From Octopus bimaculoides (Eukaryota): a stretch of DNA of 50,524 bases. The notes under the pieces were generated by a model. That model saw only the letters and a list, made by a program, of their open reading frames with translations. It did not search any database and was not told the origin of the DNA. The first letter of the stretch is position 1, and each line of letters opens with the position of its first letter. This document shows, piece after piece, positions 14,320-26,881 of this stretch. The translations under genes were made by a program, and so were the position numbers. Location of the stretch: assembly GCF_001194135.2 (NCBI RefSeq), contig NC_068992.1:14354615-14405138 (forward strand). Direction: 5' to 3'.

Positions 14320-15744
14320 AATGCAGCAGCCTTGAGTAGTTTTATCCACTTCACTGTGTTTTTATGCCATTGTGGTTATGTAGGGTCAATAAGGTAGAAT
14401 AGATAACATATTACAGTCTGTTTTCAATGGATCATCTTTCAAATCTGCTACTGTTGTCTCTTCGTTTCTGAACGAAACACGGTGATATATTTTAATTCAT
14501 CAACTTGTCGGCACTAAGTTGCAAATTACATGGAGAAAAGAACAACAGAGGTAATCATTTATAGATGCATATATCTGATAGTAAACAAGCCGGATATTGG
14601 CTCTGTTTAATGCAACTTTGTGTGAGAACCAGAAATAATTATCCTTTTTTTTTATTTGTTATTGTGAAAATATTATGTTGCTATACAATTAACCTTTAGA
14701 AACAGTTGTCATCTCTAGTTTTTAAATGATTTCTTTATATCTCACTTAAAATTTTTTTTTTTTAATTGTGCAAGTCTAAGAAGAGTAACCGGTGTTAAAA
14801 GAAAGCTTATGACCACTTTGGCAGATTTTACGGCTAACAGGGTTACAGAAGCAAATACAAATGACCTTTTACTTTTCCAAAACATCTATGAAAACATTTA
14901 TTAATAATCTTATGATAATATGACATTTTAATATATTTTTTATTACTTTGCTATTTCATATTACCATTTATATAATTAGATTTAGAACTGATAGTTTTCT
15001 CAACGGACTTCCGTAGTAAAATTTTAGTAAACGTTTTATATTTCTTGTTCTGAAATGTATGGATTAGTTTAATCAAAAGAAATTAAATAATGAATTATTA
15101 AATCGTTTAACCCCTTCGTTATAATCTGTTGAGGCTATATTGAAACAACTTCATTGTCATTGAACTCTGACACAACAGATCAATAATCTAAAACCACTTC
15201 TTTAGGACAACAGTATTGTCTTTCTCCACAAAATTGACTGAAAATGGTATTAGGAATCTGATATGATGTAATCTGGTGTTGTTAGATGGAAATAGAAACG
15301 AAGATTATATAGACCTACAATACTCCTAAAGATAAACATCCACCTTGCTATTCCTTGTGATTTGTAAGATTAGATTTTGGAGTCTATTAAATGAAATCAC
15401 ACCTGAATTTCTGAAGTGTTTGATACGTAGACTTTAGAAGACATAGGAGAGTTCAATTAGTTAAACTGTCTTGAGCGGTGTAGATTTTTAACGTTTTAGT
15501 CCCCATCTTTAGTTTTGAAATAGGAAAGGTTGTTTTGTCGCTTGAGCTTTTCACCTCAATATTCACTCTCAAACAAGTTTAAAAGTGCTCATTGTGAGAT
15601 TGTAGCTCCCACACAGTAAACGAACTCGCTAGTTTCCTTTAAACTGTCCACTGACTATTTGTTGACGACACAGTAATTAGCAGTTACTTTGTAGATCAGA
15701 TGCAACCATGATTAAATTATTAAAAATGAGCGTCGTTCATATGT

Positions 15745-15815
15745 AGAGATATATCTTAGTGGTAGAGCATTTGATATCCAACAAGAGGTTTCCTGTTTCA
15801 GCACTAGTATCCCTT
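15745..15815 (+). pseudogene. tRNA-Cys pseudogene (anticodon arm destroyed)
   Basis: AGAGATATATCTTAGTGGTAGAGCATTTGA...CAAGAGGTTTCCTGTTTCA...GTATCCCTT aligns with the intact copies. Confidence 0.8.
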
Positions 15816-16859
15816 AATGCAACAGTATTTAAATTTTCTGTCGCCTTTTCTGTGTCTTTTATATCGTAATTGTTATGTAGAGTCAATATGGTGACGACAC
15901 ATAATGTGTTACTCTCCCGTTTCAAGGGATCTTCCTTTGTGTTCGTTTCTGTTGTTTCATTGTTTCTGATAAAAAAAAAATCCATTAATGCTATGATTTT
16001 ATAATTTATCTATCTATCGGCACTAAGAAGCAGATCACATGGATAAAAGGACAATAGACCTAATTATGTATTGATACAAAGCTCTGATCACAAAACAGTC
16101 GAGGTATTGATTCAATTGTATAATTGTCCTTTTCATGGTTGTTAGAATAATATTTTGTTATATAACTGATATTTAAAAAGAGATGACATCCTTTACTATT
16201 AAATGATTCCTCGCCTAAAATTAGAAATAAATTACACTGGAATAAATATCTAACATTTAAAGAAAAGTTATGAAAGATTTCACAGATTTTATTGCTAAAA
16301 GTGTGCCAAAACCAAATAGAAATGACCTTTAGCATTTCCAAAACATTCGTGAAAATATATATTCAGAAAAATAAAACAAGTATTTTACAATAGTATGAAA
16401 GTGTAATAATTTTATTTATGTTATTACAGTTTCTATAAATACTATTAAAGTTTATATTTCTCTCAATACATTGCCGTGGTAAAAGTTTAGTAAAATGTAT
16501 TATATATTCTTTGATCAAGTTATTCAAAATGGATGGAATCATGAATTGTTAAAGCTTTCAATCCCTTCGCTGTAACCTACTGTTTCTAAGCTGAGAGACC
16601 TTAGTCAAAGAGAACTTTCACTCAACAAAATGAAAAATGAAGATCACTTTTCTAGGAATATTTTCCTGATATTTATTCATTGAAATAACAAAACAAATTT
16701 TGCACAAACTATTATTCGGTGATAAATTAAAAGGTGGGCTATTAGGCCTATGACTAAACCACAGAGAAATGTAGTAGCCCAGTAGTTCCAAGTCATTTGT
16801 TACACCCTTTCGCTCTTCTTCCGACAGGACTGTTTAATTTTGAACACATGAAGATACCG

Positions 16860-16899
<40 letters not shown>

Positions 16900-17024
16900 T
16901 TGCTATTATGTTAAACTATCGTATGTCCAAATTTTTCTTGCGATACCGGTTCTTTTGCTCAAGCTATCGTATCTCCAGCTGCTTCAGATCCCACGATATC
17001 AAAAATTGTCAAACGCAACTGTCA

Positions 17025-17137
17025 TCACGTTCTGAGTTCAAATTCCGCCTAGGTCAACTTTGCCTTTCATCCTTTCGGGGTCGATGTAATTGACTATCCC
17101 CTCCTCCAAATTTCAAATCTTGTGCCTATAGCAGAAA
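17025..17137 (+). mobile_element. SINE family B fragment
   Basis: cgttctgagttcaaattccgcc...ctttgcctttcatcctttcggggtcgat. Confidence 0.85.
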
Positions 17138-17500
17138 GCTCGAGTTATTGAAACAAAAGCTCGAGTTATTGTCTACTTCACCATATTGAATCTACAGACC
17201 AAGTTGAAAAGTATCTTCCTAATGTAAGCGTCACTCAGTTGATTTATTTAACCGTATAGTAAGAAAAGAGAACCAATAAGTAATCTAGAAATCATACAAA
17301 GACTACATTAAGCCTGAATCCCTGTACGTTTCAGCAAAGAAATCTCTCATTTCCATAAACTAATAAGCAACTACGAGCGATCAAATAACAGTTCTATAAG
17401 GCAAGTTATCTTGAAGTGTGTGCATTTCTAAAGTTACAGTCTTTGGCTTTCATTAAAGAATTGTGGTATTAAACAATAAACTCGTATAGTAATAAATGAT

Positions 17501-17572
17501 GTTATATTAGTTCAGTGATAGAAAATACGATTGTAGATCAAGGTTTCCTCGGTTCAAACCCAGCTGTTTCCA
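17501..17572 (+). pseudogene. tRNA-Cys pseudogene (anticodon mutated to GTA)
   Basis: ...TAGTTCAGTGATAGAAAATACGATTGTAGATCAAGGTTTCCTCGGTTCAAACCCAGCTGTTTCC; occupies the expected position in the array unit. Confidence 0.75.
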
Positions 17573-18294
17573 AATGCCAAAAAACTGAATACTTTCGTTT
17601 CTTTTAATGTGGTGCTAATTTAGATTAGTTGATATGTAGATACAACATGGCGTTGTCGATCATATATTACTCCATCTTTTCATTGCTAGCAGATGGGACA
17701 TACTTCATTGATTTTAAATCCATAATACAACAGCGTTGAAATACGTTTATCTCATTTATTGTATCGTCTGCTATTGTTCCTGTGTAGATTCAATATGGTG
17801 AAGTAGACAATAACTCGAGCTTTTGTTTCATGTTTCTGGACAAAATATATTAAATCTATAGTTGTTATAATTCACCTCCTTCTTGGCATCAAGCATTATA
17901 TATGAAGAAAAGATAATATAAAGAAGGGATAATACAACTGATCATCTATTGAAATATACGCCTGATCACTAATGCTTAAGACACTGAAGCTGCTAACTCT
18001 AATTATGACACTATTGTGTGAGAAACACAAATAATAATCCGTTTTATTGTTGTTTAAACAATATATTACTATACAGTTTACTGTTTAGAGACTGCTGCCT
18101 ACTCTATCTTTTAAACACTTTCTTCATATTCTCGCCGAAACTAAAAGCAAATTATGCTATGGGGGCTAACTAGCGTTGAAAGAAAAATTATGGCTGATTT
18201 GACAGATTTTATTGCTAAAAGGGTAATACAAGAAAATCCCTCAGTCTTTTTATGTCAATATTGGCACCTTCCATCAGTGTAACATTTGTTGTAC

Positions 18295-18295
18295 A

Positions 18296-18361
<66 letters not shown>

Positions 18362-18378
18362 ATTATTATTATTACTAT
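18295..18378. repeat. (TTA)n microsatellite
   Basis: Directly visible. Confidence 0.97.
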
Positions 18379-18379
18379 T

Positions 18380-18556
18380 AAGGCGGCGATCCGGCAGAAT
18401 GTTTATCACGCTGGACGAAATGTTCAAATTCCGCCGAGGTCAACTTTGCCTTTCGTCCTTTCGGGGTCGATAAATTGAGTACCACTGAAACACTGGGGTC
18501 GATATAATCGACTGACCCCTTCCCCCACAAATCTCAGGCCTTGTGCCTATAATAGA
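18380..18556 (+). mobile_element. SINE family B, near complete
   Basis: Head aaggcggcga.c.ggcagaa; body ttcaaattccgccgaggtc...gataaattgagtacc; tail ggccttgtgcctataatagaaa. Confidence 0.9.
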
Positions 18557-18659
18557 AATTATTATTATTATTACTATTATTATTATTGGTTTGTTTACAC
18601 GTGTCTGGGTCGGTTCTCACTGGTTTGTTGAATTTTATTGGAAACAATTTTTGCTTACA

Positions 18660-18880
18660 CATTTTTATCGTTTACTAGCTTCAGTCATTAGACTAAGGCC
18701 GTGCTGGAGCAATGCCTTGAAGAATTTTTAATCGAACGAATCGAACCCAGTAGTTATTAAATTTTTAAGCCTGGTACATATTCTATTAGTCACTTTTGCC
18801 GAACCACTATGTTACGAGAGCGTAAACACACCAACATCGGTTGTCAAGCGATGATGGGAGACAAACACAAACACGCACGC
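18660..18880 (-). mobile_element. SINE family A, 3' half
   Basis: Reverse-complement match to the family A tail (ggccgtgctggagca...cggttgtcaagcgatg). Confidence 0.85.
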
Positions 18881-18889
18881 AGATCTTGG

Positions 18890-19200
18890 CAACAACTGCC
18901 AGAAAACTCTTGTCGCTGTGTGTCGGCTAAAATCCGACGCTAAATCGACAACACAAGCCCGGGTGGAAAGAAGTGTGGGTATGCATAGATCATGTGTCGA
19001 GGGTGAGACGGTTTGAAAGCGAAGAGGTTCTCTTGAAAAGCGAAATACTAGCGCTGAAGTATTACATAGCTACCATTCGTGACAATGACTTCTCCATCTC
19101 TCCAACCCATTTCGGGAGGAGGACCCATCACGTTAAGATAAAAAGAGTTCCACCTAGGTTGGGCATCTAGTGGCTACTCACGTGTGTCGTTCAGGAGGGC
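18890..19200 (+). mobile_element. Decayed ORF1/gag-like fragment of a non-LTR retrotransposon
   Basis: ORF 18973-19170 (IDHVSRVRRFESEEVLLKSEILALKYY...HFGRRTHHVKIKRVPP) aligns without gaps to the ORF at 30488-30742. Confidence 0.55.
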
Positions 19201-19794
19201 AACGGAGTTGTACTCGAAGTTAAATGAGCAGAGAGGGAGTTTTGGCCTGGAGCCGATATAATCAATTAGCTCCTCGCCCAATATTTCAGAGCTTGTGCCG
19301 GAAAATTATATTCATGTATTAAAGTAGATAATATATCGTACGCTTTTTCAAAAGGCATTTCTTATAAGCTTGTCGGTTTTCCTTTAACTGTTTTTAAACA
19401 AAACATTAAATTTTTTTAATTCACCACTCCAAGTAACAACAAGAAACAGTTTATATTGAGAAAGAAAAATAAGCTGATATCGCTGATATGTACACCTGAT
19501 CACAAACGCTAAAGATAGTGAATCTAATTTTTACACCTTTGCGTGAGAAACAAAGATAACAATCTGTTTTAATTTTTCGTCAAAATATTTTGATGTTGCA
19601 CAATCGATGCACAGAAACGGTTTTCTCTTCTATCTCTTCGGCAATTTCTTCATATTCTTGTTAAAACTAAAGGTAAATTCTCTATGAAAACTTACATGTT
19701 GCCGATTTAGCAGATTTCGTTCCTAAGAGGGTCATACAAGCAAATCATAATGTTTTTTTTTTCCTTTATACTTTTCCAAGGAGTGACTGTGATA

Positions 19795-19956
19795 GGCGCA
19801 GGAGTGGCTGTGTGGTAAGTAGCTTGCTTACCAACCACATGGTTCCGGGTTCAGTCCCACTGCGTGGCACCTTGGGCAAGTGTCTTCTATTATAGCCTCA
19901 GGCCGACCAAAGCCTTGTGAGTGGATTTGGTAGATGGAAACTGAAAGAAGCCCGTC

Positions 19957-20019
<63 letters not shown>

Positions 20020-20220
20020 TGTTTGTGTGTCTGTGTTTGTTCCCCCACCATCACTTGACAACCGATGCTAGCGTGTTTACGTCCCCGTAATTTAGCGGTT
20101 AGGCAAAAAGAGACCGATAAAATAGGTACTAGGCTTACAAAAAATAAGTCCTGAGGTCGATTTTCTCGACTAAAGGCGGTGCTCCAGCATGGCCGCAGTC
20201 AAATGACTGAAACAAGTAAA
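19795..20220 (+). mobile_element. tRNA-derived SINE family A, full length, with internal (TA)n(TG)n
   Basis: Head gcgcaggagtggctgtgtggtaag with B box ggttcagtccc, internal microsatellite, tail aaatgactgaaacaagtaaa; more than 10 homologues in this window. Confidence 0.95.
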
Positions 20221-20364
20221 AAAAAAGGATAAAATAATTTAAGAAAAACTCTCTATTCAGTCTCGAGCACAGCTGAGTGATTAGGAAGTGCGTTTTGCAA
20301 CTATACGGTTTTAGGTTCATTCCTACTACTTCTTGTGCCTAAATTATGAAGACTTATTCAGGAC

Positions 20365-20560
20365 GTTGGATTGGCAGAGTTGTTAGAACGACGGCGAATA
20401 TTCTTTTAAGCATTCATTTATGCTTTGGGTTCAAATCCACAACTTCGGTTTTTGTCCTTGTGGGGTTGACAAAATAAAGATCAATGAAGTACTAAGATTG
20501 ATGCAATCAACTAACTTCTTTCCTCTAAAATTCTGACCTCGTGCCTAAATCATGAATAAT
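20365..20560 (+). mobile_element. SINE family B, diverged
   Basis: ttggcagagttgttagaac...gggttcaaatcc...gggttgacaaaataaag...gtgcctaaa. Confidence 0.7.
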
Positions 20561-21914
20561 TATTATTCTTAACGCTGTTACTCTGTGTATAAATATTTCC
20601 TCCAAAAGATCTCCATTGAATAGCTTTAATAAATAGTTTATATTCTTCGCTTCAGAAACTTTAGATCAGTTTATTCAAAATGAGTGAGAAAGAAAACAGA
20701 CAAAATGTTCAATATTTGCTAAGTCTAAGTTTAGAAACTTAATCCAAGAGAACTCTTACATAATAGATTAAAAACGGAGGTTATTTCTCTGCGAAAATTC
20801 ACAGACACACTTCATGGCAATTCAAATTATCGAACTTGCTTAAGACCTCTCATAATGAGTTGTTAGTTTCTGCTTTTATTAACATTGAGACACATAATTA
20901 TTGAACTCTACATAAATTCAAGGCCGTTGTAGTTTTATGATTTTCATCTTACAAATACACAGAAGTAATCGTTTCAGCTAACGGTGGCGCGCAAGGTTGC
21001 TCCTGTCTCAAGATTTCGTCGTAGGTTAAGCACTCTTCTATTTTTTCTGTTGAATGACGCCATGTTTAGTACAATTAAATTAATTGTCTCATTTGTGGTT
21101 AATACCGTGTTTAAAGGATATGTGAATGTTCATTGCGAATTGATCGAAATCTTTCGATTTGTTGCGTATTTGAGATTTCTTCGCCTAAGTTGCTTTTGGA
21201 AAAAGTTAGTGGGATGTGACAAAGAGTTTGAACGATGTAACAATTCACAATTTCATCCATCTTAAATAAACTCGTTCAAACATCTTAAAATAAAGAGCAT
21301 AAAATATTTACTTAAGTTTTCATCGGAAATCGTTGGAGAATATCAGTTTTAATAGTAACAATATAACAGAAAATAATAAAACTCCAACTTTTGTAAGTTG
21401 TTAATTTTCTTTGACAAAATAGTTTGTGGGGGAGGGGGATTTTTTTTTTTCTGAGGTGTTTTGGAAAAGTAAAAAGCAGTTGGATTTGATTCTGTCAAAT
21501 CTTTAGCCATAAATACCTCCAAATCGCCTACAAGCTTTCTTGCAACGGTAGCTAGTACTCCGAGCTTGATTAATTCATATTTTAGGCGAGGAAATAAAAA
21601 TAACATCAACAGCATAGGAGAGTAATTCTGCCTAAAGACCAACATAATATTTTGATAGCAACAAAAAGGAAAATTATTTCTGTTTCTCACATAAAGTTGC
21701 AATAATCTGCTACTTGGCATCGACAGATCGATGAATTAAACAACCCTATATTTAATGAGTTTTCTTCAGAAACAACAGTATTGTATTTGATGGTGATTTC
21801 CCCATCTAAAAGACAATGTGATATAATATCTACTTCGCCATTTAAACCCCACATAGCAACAATGATAAAACACCACAGAGAATATAAAAGCATTCCTCAG
21901 TCGTTCGAGAGGTT

Positions 21915-21976
21915 TTCCTTTCTAACTCTGACGTCCCTTTGATGCAAGAGCGTCGAATTATCTCAGCTACGTTGTT
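21915..21976 (-). pseudogene. Very degenerate tRNA-Cys remnant heading the inverted array unit
   Basis: Minus strand gtagctgagataattcgacg...atcaaagggacgtcagagtt keeps TAGCT.AG and ATTCGAC at the position expected from other units. Confidence 0.3.
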
Positions 21977-22134
21977 GTTTGTAATATAGGTCATCAGGAC
22001 AAAACACATTATACTTTATATGTCATGATAGCGAAATCTATCATACCTTCCTTTTATCTTCTTTTATTTCGGTCATTGGGTTGTTTAATACACCGATCTG
22101 TCCATACCAAATATCAGATTATTGCAACTTTGTA

Positions 22135-22493
22135 CAGGGACACCACCTTGAGGGATTTAGTCTAACAAATCGATCCCATGACTTTTTTGAAAGCCTGGTA
22201 CTTATTCAAACGGGTTTTTTTTTTTGGCGAATTGCTAAGTCATGGGGGCGTAAACAAACCAACACCTGTTGTCATGTGGTTGTGGGGTGGGACAAATACA
22301 AACACGCACACAGATATATATATATGTATATATATTCAACGGGCTTCTTTCAGTTTCCATCTACCAAATCCACTCACAAGGCTTTCGTAGACCCAGGGGC
22401 TATAACAGAAAACATTTGTCCCAAGGTGCCACACGGTGAAACTGAACCCAAAGCCACATTGTTGAGAGGGAATAAACGTTTCTTACCGCACTC
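22135..22493 (-). mobile_element. SINE family A, diverged
   Basis: acgggcttctttcagtttccatctaccaaatccactcacaaggcttt...cccaaggtgccac...actgaaccc. Confidence 0.9.
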
Positions 22494-23165
22494 ATTTTCA
22501 AATATGAACATGTTCTATCGTTAATTTTAAACACAATACGTTAAATAAACGATTGTTTAAATTCACCTACTTATCGCTAGCAAGTCGCAGAATATATAGA
22601 GTAGCACGTATTGATGCATAACTCTAGTCAAAGCGAAACAATCTGCTGTCTCTTAATTATTGAGGTTTTCTGTGTGAAACAAATGTTTCACTCATTTTAT
22701 TGTTTCACCATTTTATTGTTTCACCATTTTATTGTTTCGGCATTACAGTGTTACACATTTCGAATTTAAAGACAGCTGACACCTTTTACGTGCTAAGATT
22801 TCTTCATATTCTTCACTAAAAATGAAATGAATTATCAGAGGGTGTCTAACTAAAGATAAAAAGAAGTTTGTGATTGATTTACAAGATCTTATTGCGAGCA
22901 AAGCGACACAAGCAAATCTAAATTGCATTTTACTTTTACAAAATATTGGAGAAATATTTCGAATATTTCTCCAATATTTTGTAAAAACATCTTAGACTTA
23001 TATAATAGATACAAAGACGGATGCATAGGTAGATACATACATAGGTTGATATAGTTATATCATTTAATTTATGTATGTGTGTGTATATGTCGATGCACCG
23101 TAGTACACTGGTGGTGCTCCAGCATGGCCACAGCCTTAAGGCTGAAACATGTAAAAGAATAAAGG

Positions 23166-23200
<35 letters not shown>

Positions 23201-23214
23201 ATATATAGTGTATG

Positions 23215-23245
<31 letters not shown>

Positions 23246-24281
23246 ANNNNNNNNNNNNNNNNNNNNNNNNNNNNNNNNNNNNNNNNNNNNNNNNNNNNNN
23301 NNNNNNNNNNNNNNNNNNNNNNNNNNNNNNNNNNNNNNNNNNNNNNNNNNNNNNNNNNNNNNNNNNNNNNNNNNNNNNNNNNNNNNNNNNNNNNNNNNNN
23401 NNNNNNNNNNNNNNNNNNNNNNNNNNNNNNNNNNNNNNNNNNNNNNNNNNNNNNNNNNNNNNNNNNNNNNNNNNNNNNNNNNNNNNNNNNNNNNNNNNNN
23501 NNNNNNNNNNNNNNNNNNNNNNNNNNNNNNNNNNNNNNNNNNNNNNNNNNNNNNNNNNNNNNNNNNNNNNNNNNNNNNNNNNNNNNNNNNNNNNNNNNNN
23601 NNNNNNNNNNNNNNNNNNNNNNNNNNNNNNNNNNNNNNNNNNNNNNNNNNNNNNNNNNNNNNNNNNNNNNNNNNNNNNNNNNNNNNNNNNNNNNNNNNNN
23701 NNNNNNNNNNNNNNNNNNNNNNNNNNNNNNNNNNNNNNNNNNNNNNNNNNNNNNNNNNNNNNNNNNNNNNNNNNNNNNNNNNNNNNNNNNNNNNNNNNNN
23801 NNNNNNNNNNNNNNNNNNNNNNNNNNNNNNNNNNNNNNNNNNNNNNNNNNNNNNNNNNNNNNNNNNNNNNNNNNNNNNNNNNNNNNNNNNNNNNNNNNNN
23901 NNNNNNNNNNNNNNNNNNNNNNNNNNNNNNNNNNNNNNNNNNNNNNNNNNNNNNNNNNNNNNNNNNNNNNNNNNNNNNNNNNNNNNNNNNNNNNNNNNNN
24001 NTATATATATATATATATATATATATAGTATATATAGTATATATAGTATATATAGTATATATATATATATATAGATTTGTGTGTATGTACGTATGTATGT
24101 ATGCATGCATGCATATTTGTATCTATCCTTCGGTGCCTTCTGTAAAAGTGCTTCTCAGTATGGCGGTGCCACAAATGTTTTCTTTAACCCGGAAACTGGA
24201 ATCGTGTTTATGTGAAATGTTCTTCTATAAATGAAGTCTTCTTTAGTTCAAATTAGGAACGATTAATGAGAATAACTTGTA

Positions 24282-24312
24282 GAGAAAATAGCTCAATGAT
24301 AAAGCATTCGAT
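24282..24312 (+). pseudogene. tRNA-Cys pseudogene, 5' half only
   Basis: GAGAAAATAGCTCAATGATAAAGCATTCGAT vs GGGGATATAGCTCAGTGGTAGAGCATTCGAC; TTCAAAT at exactly -35..-29; array block follows. Confidence 0.75.
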
Positions 24313-24877
24313 TTTTCTTTTGCCGCAACACTGGTTGTCCTCTGATTCAACAATATTTAATACATTTTTCATCTTCATCGTACTTTTATCATCATCGTTG
24401 TGTAGAGTCAATATGGCTGAGTAGATAATATATTATTCTATCAATTCCCGGGTCGCTCCATCAAATATGATGTTGTTGTATGACGTCTCGTTGTTTCTAG
24501 ACAAATCACATTAAGTCTAATATTTTTTTTAATTCACCAACGTGGCGGCAACAAGTAGCAGATTATATAAGAAAAGGTGAATGCAGCTAATCATCTATTG
24601 ATACATATTTCTGATCACAAAAGATCAAGCTATTGACTCTTATGCGCACCTTTGAGGGAGAAAAAGTAAAATGTATTTATCCTTTTATTTTTTTATTGTG
24701 CAATGATATCATGTTGTTATACAAGTGGTCTTTTAAAACAGTTGATATATTATATTTGTAAAATGTATAGTCGAGTCTAAAATATAAATAAATTACCTTA
24801 GGATGTCTAACTACCGTTAAAAGAAAGTTTGCTGGTGAATTATTACATGCTATTGACAAAGGAATGAAGCAAAACGA

Positions 24878-25401
24878 TGTATGTATGTATGTATGTATGT
24901 ATGTATTTATGTATGTATTTATGTATGTATGTATTTATGTATGTATGTATGTATGTACGTATGTACGTATGTATGTACATAGATCAGAAGTGGGTCCCTC
25001 GATTCGCTAGTACCCTGGGTAACTTTTCCTGTGTGCTCATACCTTAAGACGATATTTGTGTCCCCAGGAAAACCTGATCTCTCTGGAGCCCGGCAAAATG
25101 GTAATACAAGTGTAGAGTTTTTGAGCAAGTGCCCCAGTATTTAGGCTCTATCAATCTCTTCGTACCAACCACCAGCTGATAGGAGAGACCTCCGCGGGAC
25201 TTCAAGCCTTATGCGGTGGAAAAAATTAATACATACTCACACATGTGCACATATATATATACATACGTACACACACACACACATATACTCACATACATAC
25301 ATACATACATACATACATACATACATACATACACGAATGCATGCTTGCTTGCATGTATACATACATATATATATACGTACGTACGTACATACATACATAC
25401 A

Positions 25402-25434
<33 letters not shown>

Positions 25435-25452
25435 TCATACATATATACATAC
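24878..25452. repeat. (TATG)n and (ACAT)n microsatellite blocks flanking an unclassified ~230 bp insert
   Basis: Directly visible. Confidence 0.85.
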
Positions 25453-25808
25453 GTTATGATTATGCACAGTTTCCATCTACTAATTTCACTCACAAAGCAT
25501 TGATCTGCTTGCGCTTATAGTAGAAAATACTTTCCCAAAGTACATCACGGTAGGATCGAATCTCAAACTCTTGGTTTTGCAAAGCAGGCTTCTTACACAC
25601 ACAGCCATGCCTGCGCTTAAACATATATCACTTCGGCAATACTATGAAAGTGATCTCCACGGCATTATCTTAGTGAAATTAACGCGCTCTATAACAGAAT
25701 TGGTAGAACGCTAGACTAAATAAATACTTTGCTATCCTTAGTTACGTCCCTTTGTATTCTGCGTTCGAATAAAATAATATAATATAACTACTATATATTA
25801 AGTACTGT

Positions 25809-26082
25809 GGAGGTGCAAAGGCCCAGTGGTTAGGGCAGCGGAATCGCGGTCATAGGATCGCTGTTTCGATTCCAAGACCGAGCGTTGTGAGTGTTTATTG
25901 AGCGAAAACACCTAAAAGCTCCACGAGGCTCCGGCAGGGGATGGTGGCGAACCCTGCTGTACTCTTCCACCACAACTTTCTCTCACTCTTACTTCCTGTT
26001 TCTGTTGTGCCTGTAATTCAAAGGGTCAGCCTTGTCTCACTGTGTCACGCTGAATATCCCCGAGAACTACATTAAGGGTACA
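25809..26082 (+). mobile_element. tRNA-derived SINE family D (runs into gap)
   Basis: A box ggcccagtggttagg, B box gtttcgattcc; body ends in ...tgtcacgctgaa...ttaagggtaca, shared with 42436-42720. Confidence 0.8.
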
Positions 26083-26444
26083 NNNNNNNNNNNNNNNNNN
26101 NNNNNNNNNNNNNNNNNNNNNNNNNNNNNNNNNNNNNNNNNNNNNNNNNNNNNNNNNNNNNNNNNNNNNNNNNNNNNNNNNNNNNNNNNNNNNNNNNNNN
26201 NNNNNNNNNNNNNNNNNNNNNNNNNNNNNNNNNNNNNNNNNNNNNNNNNNNNNNNNNNNNNNNNNNNNNNNNNNNNNNNNNNNNNNNNNNNNNNNNNNNN
26301 NNNNNNNNNNTTCCTTACTTTCATTTGGAAGCTTGAAAAGATAGATTAATTTTATCAATTAACTATTTATTGCTTCCCATTCATTTCCAAATGTTTCCTC
26401 ATTAATTTAGCATTACTTATATATTTATTTATCTATGATAAATC

Positions 26445-26487
26445 AATTCACACACACGTACGCGCGCGCGCGCACAAATACATACAG

Positions 26488-26523
<36 letters not shown>

Positions 26524-26710
26524 ACACATCTATACATACACATATACATATATATATATAAACACAGACACATATAATACACACGTATGTACAGATATAT
26601 GTATATACACACACACATATATATATGTATATATATTTATATATATACATCTCTATAGTACACATCTCTATAGTACTTGCTCTGAGATTTAAAACACATC
26701 TATATAGTTT

Positions 26711-26746
<36 letters not shown>

Positions 26747-26787
26747 TGTGTGTGAATGTGAGTGTGTGTGTGTGCATGTTTGTATGT

Positions 26788-26880
<93 letters not shown>
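26445..26880. repeat. (CA)n/(TA)n/(TG)n microsatellite block
   Basis: Directly visible. Confidence 0.95.

Positions 26881-26881
<1 letters not shown>

Larger units (their letters stand above)
11700..24870. repeat. Decayed tandem array of ~1.5-2.1 kb tRNA-Cys-headed units (about 8 recognisable copies, one inverted)
   Basis: Recurrent motifs ATATGG.GAAGTAGATAATA, TTTAATTCA.CAAC, GTGAGAAAC, CATATTCTCGCCGAAA and TACTTTTCCAAAACA recur near 12.2-12.7, 14.4-14.9, 15.9-16.4, 17.8-18.3, 19.3-19.8, 21.4-21.85 (inverted), 22.5-22.95 and 24.4-24.85 kb. Confidence 0.85.

Noticed and set aside
17501-17572. Possible tRNA-Tyr (GTA anticodon) arising by anticodon switch
   Set aside because: D, anticodon and acceptor stems are broken; a single C-to-T decay in a tRNA-Cys pseudogene explains it.
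22692-22738. Short direct repeats (16-bp TTTTATTGTTTCACCA x3; others at 17135, 26650, 38790) as CRISPR-like arrays
   Set aside because: Head-to-tail duplications without spacers in a eukaryotic context; no CRISPR evidence.
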